A DNA stretch of 64,000 nt from a bacterium (GTDB lineage Bacteria; UBA8248). The DNA is taken from the NCBI GenBank assembly GCA_965213685.1, contig CBDBZY010000064.1, positions 64,001 to 128,000 on the forward strand, in the 5' to 3' direction. Both the position numbers and the translations under genes were made by a program. Position 1 is the first letter of the stretch. Each line of letters opens with the position of its first letter. Below the pieces are notes generated by a model. That model was not told the origin of the DNA. It was given only the letters and a program-made list of their open reading frames with translations, and did no database searches. Of this stretch, positions 12,860 to 26,470 are shown one piece after another.

Positions 12860-15765
12860 AGTGTTGTTTTGGTATGGCACTAGCCATTTCAATTACAGTT
12901 TTGGTTACAATCTATGAGTAGTCAGTAATTTGATTTTGATTGAGTAAAAAAATATGCTTTAAAGATATCATGGTTACAGTTAAAGTTGACATATGCCAAA
13001 CAGTGGTGACAATAGTTTGGTTTTAGTAATATTGGTTTTAGTTATGGTTGTGATTAATAATAATTATATACTTCAGTGATAGTGCCAGTGAGCTAAAGGA
13101 AGGACATGTTTCTCTTTAGCATGATTTCCCTCTCCAAGTTCCTGTCAGAAAGTCGATTTCGCCTTCCAGAGGAAACTAGACCGGCTGTTGAGAACACTCT
13201 TTCAACAGGGGCGCTTGATGCCGGAATTGAAAGAACATCAAAAGCCAATGAGGCAAGCAGAGGGTAAGTGCTCTCGTTCTCCATCCAAAATTGTAATGGA
13301 TCAATGTCTTCATTGATGTCGAGCTCGCTTGATGCATACAATCTGACTTCTTCTTGCTCAGGCATCAAACATGGACTAGTAGACCGGGAACTTGCTTGTT
13401 CCTTCTTCTTTTCAAAAAGAATGCTTGAAAGGTAACGAAATTTCTTAGATGGTGGGGGCTGTTCTGGTTCTGTAACATCCTCTTCAGTTGTGTGCATTTC
13501 AACACTAGCACCAACATTCTGAAACTGGATGAGAGAATAACACTTATGTAAGGTGGTCATTTAGTTACACTCTAATTTTACAACCACAACAAGGTGGCGG
13601 CAAAATATCCCACAAGGAAATTGCAACATGAAGGCCCATATATTTAAGAATGCTACACATCTACAATAGCCAGGATGTATACTTTGACTAACCTCTTTCA
13701 GTATGCTCTTTTTGGCACTTTCCATCTGATCCTTGTTGAGCAAGAGGCGGTACCGTGGATCCAAGTATGTTGCCATTGTATGAATGGGGTCAAAGTTTAC
13801 AGACTTTGGGTCCTGCACTTTCGCAAACCTGGTCCCTAACTCCTTCTGAAGAAGAGTAGCTACCTGCCTCAAACCTGTTTTCTCTTTTGCCTGTACAGGT
13901 GACAATATTATGCACAGTCAAGTCACTTAACTGCAACTCACACATTAAAACATACTAAACATTTTACCCACTAAACACGCAGTACACTCTGAGAATACAA
14001 ATGACATACAAAGGACGTACAGCTTCAAGGTGACAATCCAGCTCCATGAGTACAGGAATAACGGTAGAGATGGTTGTGAATTCTTCTCCACTGGTCAGTG
14101 ATGTATACTTTGCAAATGGCTCCAGGAGGAAGTGAATCTGCTCTAATGTCTTCCATTCGCTGTTCTGTAAACCATCCCATCCTAACTCCACCAGCACCTG
14201 TGAGAGTTCATCCTTGACTGAAAGAAGACGCTCTATTAGAAGAAAACTGGAATTCCATCGAGTTGGACAGTTACTGACGAGCTTTCGCCCTGAAAGGGCA
14301 ATCAGCTTCTCAGTCGCTTTCACAGACTTGTTGACTTTCTTTACCAGTCTGTGAGCACTGGCAAGTACACGCTTAAGTGATCGAACACTATCAAATTTTC
14401 GTACCACAAGTTGAAGCACATGAGCAAAACAGCTTATCCGTTTGTGCAGGGTGAAAGCAACATCAAACTCTAATTCACACTCTTCAAAGTTGGAGATATC
14501 ACCAAGCACATCAGCACCGTTTTCTTGCTCTTCACCATCCTCACTCATTGTCTCCTCTTCATGCAAAGGGGAACTGGAAGTACTTGCCACAGCAGTTTCC
14601 TCAGTATCTTCGCCTACATCTTCAGGATCTGCTTCCATATCCACCCACTCACGAAAAGCTGCAACCATATTGCTGCCATTGTCTGTCAAAATGGCGCTAA
14701 CTTTGTCTCTTGAGAGCTCCCATTCACCCATCACCTCCTCCACAATTTCCTCCACCCTTTCAGCTGTATGTGGTGATGGCAATCGCCTAACAGCTATGGT
14801 TGCATTTCTCCTTTTGTGGTCAGAGCGTGTAAAAAAGTGTGCCGTCACTCCCAAGTATGAGGCAGTCATGCTCTTTCTGGACCAAATATCTACAGTGAGT
14901 GAGACCCTACGGGAGTCACGAAGTACGGACAGAAGCGACGCTTTCAAGTCCACGAACACCCGGTCCATTTCTTTCGAAATAGCCGCGCGATTGGGAACAG
15001 TATAGCGATCATCGAGTTCGGCGATCAAGTCACGAAATTCTTGACTGTCAACAATCGAGTTTGCCACATAGCCAACGCCCACAAACGTGGCTAGCTTCCG
15101 AGTTATCTTCTGATACTTTTCGCTTTCTTTTGTGTACTTCTTCGTCCTCTTGGTAGCATCCTCAATGGACAGCTGGGTCGCCAACTTCACTTCACGACCA
15201 TGCTTTTGTTTCGCCTTTTCCTTTAGTTCCTCCTCCATTTTACACAATTCGGTATACCGACCAGGATGCTTCGCTTTGAGGTGCGCTTTCAGATTCGTTG
15301 GATACTTCCCGTTGATTTCCATGCCACAGACCGAGCTCTCGCTGGCGTCGCCGCTTGACACTTGGCATGTACTCTTGCCTTTGGTACTGTCATAAAAGAA
15401 ATAATTCCAGACAGCGCTCTCCCTAGGACGGCCAGAATGACTACCACTAGCTTTAGACATCTCAAACGGTGGCAACAACTCAAACTTCAGCAACACGAGG
15501 TAGTCACACACTCACGTGCATGTCATATGACACAAATTCAAATGCGCATGCGCACTTACTAATACTAATACTAGTATAGTCTACTAGTAATCCTCAATTC
15601 CTGATTGGTTAGAATCACCCTTGGTCCTTCAAATTACAACACGTTAAAGTTATGGTTATGGTGGGTACTTGAGAGTAGTGTTAGTTACAGTTATGATGAA
15701 CTCTTTTGTTAGTTGCACAAAACTAAGATGTTTTAGTTGTAGTAGCAGTTAACTAATACAATACT
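12859..15765 (-). mobile_element. hAT DNA transposon, probably autonomous
   Basis: Imperfect TIR cagtgttgtttt / aatacaatact; gtt/agtt-rich subterminal motifs at both ends; encodes a full hAT transposase. Confidence 0.85.
13093..15460 (-). CDS. hAT transposase (BED zinc finger, DDE/RNase H fold, hATC dimerisation domain); 3 exons, ~687 aa
   Basis: Exons 15460-14021, 13890-13693, 13518-13093 joined by GT..AG phase-0 introns (GTACGT..TACAG; GTTAGT..TTCAG). Motifs VWNYF..C..C..HLKAKH, TVDIWS, TDNGSNM, CFAHVLQL, TRWNS, SIPASSAPVERVFS; no stop seen. Confidence 0.88.
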
Positions 15766-16730
15766 TCCTGTATCTGCAATAACTCTATTGTTTGTGGACC
15801 GCTGGCCTACCGACTGTTAAGGACTGGGACCGCGTTTCCGCCCACGCACAATTAAATGCCCCCGTTGTTTCACGTGATGAATAAGGCGTTTGTATGCGTA
15901 TGACGTCAAATTATCATGTGACACCATTATAGACAAAGGAAATATAGGCTGAATCTCCACTTTCACGAGGCGGATTTGTTGCCGGGTAGCTACAACTTTA
16001 GTTTTTGTGTAGCAGTGTTGCATTTTGATGTTTAAGCATCGTATCAACGGTAAGTGTCGCTTCGCAGTCAAACAACCGAGATATAGTCCAGAGTATACCC
16101 CTGACAGGTGCCGTGTTTTGTGTTTTTTGTTCATAACTCGCTACTTCTCTAACTTTAGCGCTTTTACAATTGATACATGTAAGGCCAGCGTATAAGCTTT
16201 CTTTTGGTGTATCAAACGCTTTGCTCAACCTTCGTCTTCAAATCCGCCTTTTGCGTTTTAGTGCGAAATAGGTCAGCCGCTAAACCTTCCATATCCCATC
16301 GGCGAAAGGGTGGGTGGGGCTTACTTTTGCCCTGCCTTTTGTGGTTTCATGGCACTTTAGGATAAACCTAATTTCGAGTTGTTGATAACTGCAAAAACAC
16401 GTGTTGAAAATGTTGCCAAATCTGATGATTTTGCGCGTGACCCAGTCCATAATGCACCTGAGTAGTAAATGTAAACGTCATCAATGGAACGCAAGACGTC
16501 ATTGACAAATTATTATATTACGTAATGTAATCAGTGTGTATCTGGCGTTCCTCCTCGCCGCAGAGTACAAAACCACGTTTATAATGTATTGTGCAACACT
16601 AAATATTATGGGGTGTGATCTGTGTCAAAATTGGTAATGGAAGCTTTCAATAATACTTTGCATATTTATGCAGGGATACACATAATAGCAATCTGCTAAC
16701 ACAGGATGTGTAACCTTATATACTAATTAG

Positions 16731-18488
16731 CAGGCAGGGGGCATAGATGGAATTGGACCAAGATGGAATGGATAGGCAGGGGGCATAGATGGAATTGGAC
16801 CAAGAGTTTTGAAATTTTGTGCTACTGCACTCTATCAGCCACTTGTTCATGCTCAGTCTTTCTCAACATTATATTCCACAAGAATGGCGTGTTCATTGTA
16901 TTACTCCAATTCACAAGTCAGGAGACAGATCGCTAGTCAACAACTACAGACCAATCTCATTACTTTGTACAATATCTAAAGTCCTGGAAAGAATTGTCTA
17001 CAATGCAGTTTCTGAATTTGTTACTCAGTCAATCACAACTGCGCAGTTCGGCTTCATTCGTAAGCATTCATCATTGCAACAGCTACTAATCTTTATAAAT
17101 AACATTATGAGCCCCTCCAAACATACTGATGTTCTATACCTGGATTTCAAAAAGGCCTTTGACAGTGTTGCGCACAATGAACTCCTTGTGAAGCTATGGA
17201 GATTTGGCATTACCGGAAACCTATGGCATTGGTTCAGAGGATACCTTCTTTATCGCTGTCAGTGTGTTTGTGTCAATAATGTGACTTCAGGAACATTGCC
17301 AGTGCTCTCTGGAGTACCCCAAGGTAGTATCCTTGGACCATTAATGTTCCTTATCTTTGTTAATGACCTACCAATGTCAGTATCTAGCTCTCATCTACTA
17401 CTATTTGCAGATGATACTAAATGCTTAAAAAAAATTGATAATTCAGAAGACTGTAGTGCCCTCCAACAAGATCTGCACAACCTAACACAATGGAGTGAGT
17501 ACTGGAATCTACATTTTAATGATTCCAAATGTGTTCTTCTAAGATTCCTGTCAAGAATCCCTGACTCTTCCTTTGACCACATATATTACATCAAAACTCA
17601 ACCTGTTGCTAGAAGAGAGAGCCATAAAGATCTAGGAATTTTAATATCTGAAGATCTGTCTTGGATAAAACATTATGACTACTTACAGTCCAAGGCCTAC
17701 AAAAAAACTTGGCTTTCTCCGTAGAACTCTTTCCAAAACAATGACTATCCACACAAAGAAAGTTCTATACACATCTCTAGTTCGATCTCAACTGACCTAC
17801 TGTTCTCCCATCTGGCGCCCGCAGTTTTTGAAAGACATTCAGTCCATTGAGAATGTACAGAGACGGGCAACTAAATTCATTCTACATGACTACAAGTCAT
17901 GCTACAAAAATCGCCTTGTGGCCCTTCACTTACTTCCGTTAATGATGCAGTTCGAACTCATTGATATATTATTCTTTATATCCAGCCTTAAATGTCCAAC
18001 TGAACGCTTCAACATTTTTCAATACGTTACCTTTTCTGCAACATCAACACGCGCAACCTCAAGGCATAAGCTCGTTCACAACTTGTGTAGAACAAATCGT
18101 GACAGACACTTCTACTTTAATCGTCTGCCCCGTCTTTGGAATTCTCTTCCAATCATTGATGTGGACCAGTCATTTAACACCATCAAGCGCAAACTAAAAT
18201 GTTTTTTCTGGAGCTACTTTGTTGCAAACTTTGACCCTGAAAATTTATGTTCTTATCACTTTGTTTGTCCGTGTAACAAGTGTGTTACTTTACCAGTTAC
18301 GTGCACCTTTCAAGATGTTACTCTATAGAAGCCATTTGTCCCCCCATTGTGTTTAATATGCATATGTATTTGTGTTAAAGGCTAGGAGTACATGTACTAC
18401 TAGTCCTTCAGTACAACTGTCCATGTATCATCTGGTCACTTCCTCCTTTTCTATTTCCTGTACTGTAAAGCTTCTAATAATAATAATT
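16731..18488 (+). mobile_element. 5'-truncated CR1/L2-clade LINE (RT, 3' UTR, (TAA)n tail)
   Basis: NYRPISLL, LDFKKAFD, GVPQGSILGP, FADD in 16819..17724; frameshift at the A-run ~17701 into 17675..18328; tail taataataataat; 32-bp duplication at the 5' junction. Confidence 0.93.
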
Positions 18489-18510
18489 ACAAAGCTAAAA
18501 CTAACAGGTA

Positions 18511-18979
18511 CACTGCACAAAATCCATGGTTATTTTAACCACTAAGAATGGTTATCTCAGTTGCACATTTGTCCTCTCAACACTTGGCACTGAGCAGAGG
18601 TATAAAGAATGTGCAAGATGTGTACGATATCACGCAGGAGGAATTGAGTGGTAGAAGACAGTCCATTAGTCTACTGAGCATGACAGAGGAGTGACCCCCC
18701 ATCATGGGCTGTTTACCCATCCTCTGTCAAATTCCTGTCTTAGCACACAATTACTTTTACAATTACTCACATATATTATTATTGGGGACACCCTACACTT
18801 TGCCCAGAAGGCTTCAATCTCAAGATTATAGGATAACTCTGTGTGGGGGGTTACATGATGTCATTCAGCTTCAATATTAAGAGTATAGGACAACTCAGTG
18901 TGGGAATGAGATGGTGCCACTCAGCTGCAACTGAGATAACCTTAGCAAGGTTTAAAATAACCATTTCTTTTTTGCAGTG
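18511..18979. mobile_element. CACTA/EnSpm-like MITE
   Basis: ta-CACTGCA...TGCAGTG-ta with ~55-bp imperfect TIRs (ggttattttaa, ggttatctcagttgca). Confidence 0.75.
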
Positions 18980-19868
18980 TACAGATGGTTATGTGCAATA
19001 GGAAACAACATTTTGTTTGAAGTAACCATATGTGGAATTCAACACAGGTGAAGCCTACTACGCGTGCATGTCTTGCTAGGAATCTTGCTAGGAATGTCGC
19101 TACATAACATTGTGGCCAGCAACCACACCCGGGGGGGTGTCCGGAACAAGCCCTGAACAGACTCTCGCTTGCGGAGAGAGTCTGGCTACGCGAGACTACT
19201 CTCGGTTGGAGCCCAGTCGCGCCCTCTGGTTGCCAACACCTATTGCTTTCGGAAACCAGTAGAATCTTGTGTGCTTGGTGCCTCCGTACGCGCTACAACG
19301 TACTGCCATTTAGTACGCAACATGGACGAAAATACAATGCAATATACTGGGGCAAAATGTGGCATACTGTAATACCATAGAACGCAACATACGCTTTACC
19401 CACCAAGCGCTTTCTTACACTTTTGCACCTCGCTAAGCGCCCTCAGTTCTGCAGCACCACCCCGCACGGCTCCTGGAAAGTACATGCGAGTTCTAGCTGA
19501 TATTGAAGGACGAAACCCCAACACTCTGTGTCACAATCCGCGTAGAGTGAAGGAGGGCTGGATTCAAAACGTGCGTGACTAGTCCACTGCGGAACACACC
19601 AGGCACAATGTCAGTCAGTGGGCTGGAACGACACTACGACACCATAAACTATGTCTATCACCCTACTCATTATGGTTCTTACCTAATATTCAGGAGAGGA
19701 GGGTTTTGTGCGTAAGAGGTACTTGCTATGCTTGCTGCGTTTAGCAGAAAAGGGTATTGTATGGGCCCTTTAGAGCGAAGGTATGAAGATATTTTAAGTG
19801 GCCTTAAACGGCGGAAGCGGAAGTGCCCGCCCCTTGCATGTTGGGCCATGATGAAAGCAGGTGTAGAA

Positions 19869-20280
19869 TAGTCTCGTCCAGACCCTCACGCGCTCCCCGA
19901 AAGAGGGTCTGGCAACTATACTCGACCCTATGACGTGGCCGTCCGGCATGTGGGATGGCCAATCACAGCGCAGCATTCTTCAATTCTACGTTCCATAGTA
20001 GATCGTTGCCTGTTCAACAAGTAACGCCACCCAATCATTTATTTTTACTTGTTACCTGCATTTGTAGTCTTTGTATGCCCTGTCTTGCCTACATTTTATA
20101 CACAGCAAAAATAGAATTGTTGTTTTAACAAAACAAGGCCAAGGCACAGCTCACAACAGCTGTTACAACTATATTTGTAGTACAGTTTACATGGCCCTGC
20201 AGCAAGTATAACAAAGGTCTTTATCATAGGAACAATGTCATTTTTGCTGTGTACACAGCTAAAAAGAGATGGACAATTGA
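19869..20280 (+). repeat. Dispersed repeat starting TAGTCTCG (Academ-like end); second copy at 34156-34385
   Basis: Long shared block gacgtggccgtccgg..atcacagcgcagcattcttcaattctacgttcc..tttttacttgttacctgcatttgtagtctttgtat. Confidence 0.75.
20101..20251. mobile_element. Small CACAG-ended (EnSpm-like) MITE
   Basis: ta-CACAGCAAAAAT...ATTTTTGCTGTG-ta; absent from the paralogous repeat at ~34360. Confidence 0.7.
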
Positions 20281-20442
20281 AGGTTATTCCAGGTACTAGC
20301 ACTCACCACATCATTCAGTTTTCTTGCCACTATTTCTCTTTCAACCTCTTAATGACAGAATAGGCGAACAATGAATCAATGCTGGTGTCAGTTTATGCTC
20401 AGTGGATTAAAAAATGTATTGTCGTACTTCTTAATCATCCCT

Positions 20443-20507
<65 letters not shown>

Positions 20508-23503
20508 ACACACACCACTAAAGGTGAAAACGTACAACAGAAAAGAATAGAAAGGAAAACAAAGTTAAGCACATGATATAATGTATATAATATCATCGAA
20601 CGGAGAAAATCGACCAAAAGCAATTCTGTAATGTCGAATGACTTCAGCACGTAGCATATCCTCAGAAGAATACATTTTTATTATGTCGATGACCAGAAAT
20701 GAAGTTATAACCGGTGAAGGAATATGCACACTGAGATGCTTCTTTGAAGACGTACTTAACAAGAGGTGAGAGAGATGATACAGCACGAGAAAGCATAGAA
20801 TGAAACCTCATATACAACATATTAGACACTGACTGAATGTTACTAACACAGTGTACAATTCTTGTGTGAGAGTGTGGTGGTAGGTTCCATATTCTCCTAA
20901 AAATTTTGTTCAATGCACATTCAATGATACGCAAATTCTTGCAAGACAAGTACCATAGTGTGCTACCATACATAGACAAACAGAATTGCTTGACAAGAAA
21001 ATTCTTTACGGAGAGATCTGCAAATGGAAATACACACTGAACAAAGTTAGCTTTCCGAGTCATATCTTTCGTTGCCCTTATAATATCAGATGTGTCATCC
21101 AAATTGTAAGACAGTACATGCCCGAGATGAGTGATTGTGTCCATGAAGTCCAGAGCAATACCACCAAAGTTAATGCAATCTTTACATGAAGATGAAGAGG
21201 ACAAACCAAATCTGATCAATTGAGTCTTTTCTGCATTGAACTTGAGGCCATGAGATAGTGCGAACTCCTCACAAGTTGTCAGCATAATTCGTAAAGCAGA
21301 TGGACATGGAGCTAGCAGGGCTATGTCATCTGCATAACATACTGCACCAACAAAGTGAGCCCCCCAATAACATCCAACACCAATTCGAGACAGCTTCTGC
21401 AATAATCCATCCAAATACACAGCAAACAACACAGGAGATAACACACTATACCTTGACGAACACCATTAGAAACAGAAACAAATGAGACACACAAGAAATC
21501 CAGCGAACACACATTTGTTGACTACTATACCAACTTAGAAGAAAACGAAGAATAGGAGTTGGGAGACCACGAGAATGAAGAATATCAAAAAGAATGCCAT
21601 GGTCCACTAAATCAAATGCTTTGCTTGCATCTAAAAAACAGCCATAAACCTTAGATCCTTTACGTATATACCTAGAAACAATATTCTTTATGAGTCCTGT
21701 GCAAAGAGTTGTTGAATGACCTTTCTTGAAGCCAAATTGCAAAGCACTACTTGTAAAGTAGGATTCATATCTGGAGAGTATAATTCTTTCCAGGACTTTA
21801 CTCAAGAGAGATGCAATTGCAATTGCTCTGTAGTTTTTACTGCTAGAACGATCTTTGTTATTTTTTGGTATGGGGACCAACGTACAATCTCGAATACACT
21901 TGGGCATGTATCCGTGATGAAGAACAGCTGTGAAAAAAGCAGACAGAGGACCAACAATGGAGAGTGCAGAGTACCTTAAATGCTCAGCAGATAGCTGTGC
22001 AGAACCAGCTGGAGAGACACCAGACCTGACATGAGTAGAGTCAGAGTCACCTGTACACAGGCTCTCACAGCCTGCTGGGGAGACATTACATGACATCTCG
22101 GCAACAGGGTCATGCTGAGGGAGGGAGACATGTGAAACATCAGAATGACCAGAAGCCCCTTTAGACTTATCTGAGAGTGATCGAGACTTCTTCTGACGCA
22201 TATCGGGTGAAAGATCCTCCCGAATGAACAGATGAGCAATGTGAAAAGTTTTTAATTTCCGCCTTTGCATCAGAACCATTCTCCTGTCCCACAGAGTGGC
22301 AAACTTAATCAGCACAGGACGTGGAGGAATAGCATTTTCTGCCACCCCTGACCTCTTCTTGTAACGACCCTGCCGAAATAGGTCTTTGATAGCAAGCATA
22401 CTCCCAGTGAGATATTCTAGAACCTCATCTACCCTCTCCCTTGTGCCCACCAGAGAGGCACATTCTGCAAGGCCAAAAAGTACCACATTTGACTCTCTGT
22501 CATGATGATCAGGAAGAGAACTGGAGGTAGATTTCCTGAGTGGCAGCTTCATAGGCAGGGATGAGTGGTTTGTGGATGAAGCACATTGCTCATGCTGTTG
22601 TCCAACTGGCCACCACTGAAGAGTAGATGGCCTCTGTTGTGGCTAACCTTATAAATATGTGCTTCCCCTTATCCTGCCGCTAATAAGTACCAAGCTTCAG
22701 CTTGGTCTCCAAAGCAGACACAGGAATTCGAACTCTACCCTCAGGCCTCCCCCTTGGCAGAGTGGTTATGTGCTCCATCTAGTAAACGGATGAATGTGGG
22801 TTCGAATCTGGCAGTGGGAGCCGGTTTTTTCCGGCGAGGATAACTGGTGTCTGCTACAGATACGGAGCAGGAGTGGCCTTAGGTTCACAAAAACAGAGCA
22901 TTCATGCCTAGTAGATTTAAATATAACACCCTGCATTTCTTGCCTTCCATATGCACGTGAGCCTGAGGCCCGCCCCCTAGGCTGGCTAGCCTTATAAATT
23001 TGTGCACACAGGTGGACGTACAGCATTGGAGGCTTCTGATCTAGTACCTCCAGATGTAAGAAAGGTGGACAACTTCTTCTCAAGGTCCGTAACAGCAGAG
23101 GTGAGAGCAAGCAGTGACCTTGTGTTGTCCTGTACCTGCTCTGACACAGGGTCAAGACTCAGGGATGGTATCTTAGGGAGCTCTGTGGCTTCACAATAAA
23201 TAGGAGGGACTGAGCTCTTTGCATCTAAGGCCCGCCCCCTAGGCTGGCTAGCCTTATAAATATGTGCATCTAATGCATCAAAAGCAGCCAAAATATCTTC
23301 TAGATCTGCATCTATCCGCTCCCTTTTATCAGAGCCACACCTCTGATGATACACAAGGCCAGTACCCTTCAATTCTTCCTTGCACGACTCCCAGAGCAAC
23401 CTTTTGGAATGTTCAACGGCAGACTGATCAAACCTCTCCACCACAATGGAAGATAGGCTGGTCTTGTCACCTCGTAAACAGAATGCCTTGATAAAGGCCA
23501 AAA

Positions 23504-23851
23504 CTACATAATCAACATTGTACTCTCAGTCTGCATAGCAACATCTGATGTGATAGGTGCTGAGGGTGTCTCAGCAGAATTACACACAAGGTTGTAGTCA
23601 CTAAGAGGGAGACCACCATGAAAGAGTGAAGACTTCCACTTCTTTGCAGACTTTCCACCCAATCTTTCAAACTCTAAAGGTGTAATCCATTTAGAAGCAC
23701 TCAAAACACACTGACCAACACGCTTAGCCCGCTCCTTAGGCAACCAATCAATATACAACTGACCACTCACACTGCCACACTCAACTGAGATACATGAACC
23801 ATTGCGATCACTCTCAATTCTAGGCAATAACAACAAACCACTCTGAGACAT
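23504..23851 (-). pseudogene. SAND-like domain at the start of the LINE ORF1 region
   Basis: ISVECGSVSGQLY...QCV...KWITPLEFERLGG..AKKWKSSL..GGLPL follows the SAND consensus VxCG..G.L...CI....WFTP.EFE..GG....KxWKxSI. Confidence 0.7.
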
Positions 23852-24074
23852 AGCCATCCAACAACAACACAGGACTCACTTCGCACGTGCAGCATGCGTT
23901 AATAGGTCCACCATGGGAGACGACAGGACAGTAGAAACCCACGCGAACGGACGGACACGAAGACAGAGACGATGACTGACTTCCTCGAGTTTGCTGGACG
24001 AAGGGCGAGAGTCGGCCGCGACAGTAGACAGCCACACTAAGATCAAGCACTTTAGCAATATCTTACACATTGTA

Positions 24075-24446
24075 CCGTAGATCGGTCATTGTTAAAATAT
24101 TTTCGTCTGTGTCTCTAACGACAAAAATTGAACGCGCGAAATATTTCCACGTAATACACGCGAAATGTTTTCCACGTAGTTCGTGAAACACTTCAGCGTG
24201 TACACGTGTGCAGAAATGGCTTTGTTGAGGTATATGAAACCAATCCGTTCTTTACCTGATCTTAGATGAGACTCAATCCGTGTACGCAAGTGTACAAAGT
24301 CCGTAAAACGCCGCCTTAAATATAATTTTGTCGCGTTTAAAATTTCGTCATTTCGTCGGTGTACTGCATGGAGCGACCAAAGTAAATTAACGCGAAAATA
24401 TTTAACAGACGAAAGTTTCCACCGCTGATAATTTCCTGATGTACGG
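24075..24446. mobile_element. Tc1/mariner-type MITE
   Basis: ta-CCGTAGATC...GATGTACGG-ta with repeated cgcgaaa / tttcgtc motifs. Confidence 0.6.
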
Positions 24447-24523
24447 TATATAGTGCGTCAGATCAGGGGCGTAAGAAGATGCTTTCGATGGGGGGCTGAC
24501 CCTGTGGGCGGCCCAACCTTTAA

Positions 24524-25017
24524 CCCTTTCGCTCTCAAAAGTGCGCATTTTTGCGCACTTTCTAAAACAGCGTAAAACTGGAGAAATATGGAACATTTGA
24601 TGATGTAATGTCGGCATGCGGGCAATTAACTGATAAAAAACTCCCACGCACCCCTTGAAGTGGCCTCTCGGCGCTTGGATGTGGCGGTCGGAGCTTTGAT
24701 GTAGCTTTCATCTCTGCTATTGTATACTTTAAAAAAAAAAAAAAAAAGCAAGAAGCCTAGCAGGCAGTGTGATGAAGCGTGAGGGAGGGCTAGAGGTGGC
24801 TGGAGTGAAGTCTGGGCTCTGCAAGTAGCCATAAATGGGCCGCGCGGCTTCGATCTATAGGAATACGGAGGTTTGAATTGGTTGCCAGGAGACTTGCGGG
24901 CTATGCCGTTGCCATGGAGGTAGCCAGGCGAGCGGAAGGGCCGGAAGTAAACGGAGATCTAAGAGAGACCGTGTCACGTCGCTCGCTCGTTCCATCGCGG
25001 GAACTCGAGCGAAAGGG
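24524..25017. mobile_element. piggyBac-like MITE (second copy 62244-62745)
   Basis: ttaa-CCCTTTCGCTC...GAGCGAAAGGG-ttat; collinear similarity with 62244-62745. Confidence 0.75.
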
Positions 25018-25179
25018 TTATTCCTTGGTGTTGCTGCGAAAACGACACGGGATAAAGCGCCTTATTCCGAAGAGAGAGGCGTCTCTGCTGTGTCTACGGA
25101 AAGAATTAAAGAATGGAAGAGGTCAGAATCGGGCGAAAACGAGAACAGCTCGAGAGAAACGAGCTATCACGGTTAGCAG

Positions 25180-26470
<1,291 letters not shown>

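Noticed and set aside
14442-15005. 187-aa Ser-rich plus-strand ORF
   Set aside because: Antisense shadow of the hAT transposase
15817-16600. CpG-rich block starting ttaagg, possible Kolobok-like end or promoter
   Set aside because: No matching second end, ORF or second copy found in the window
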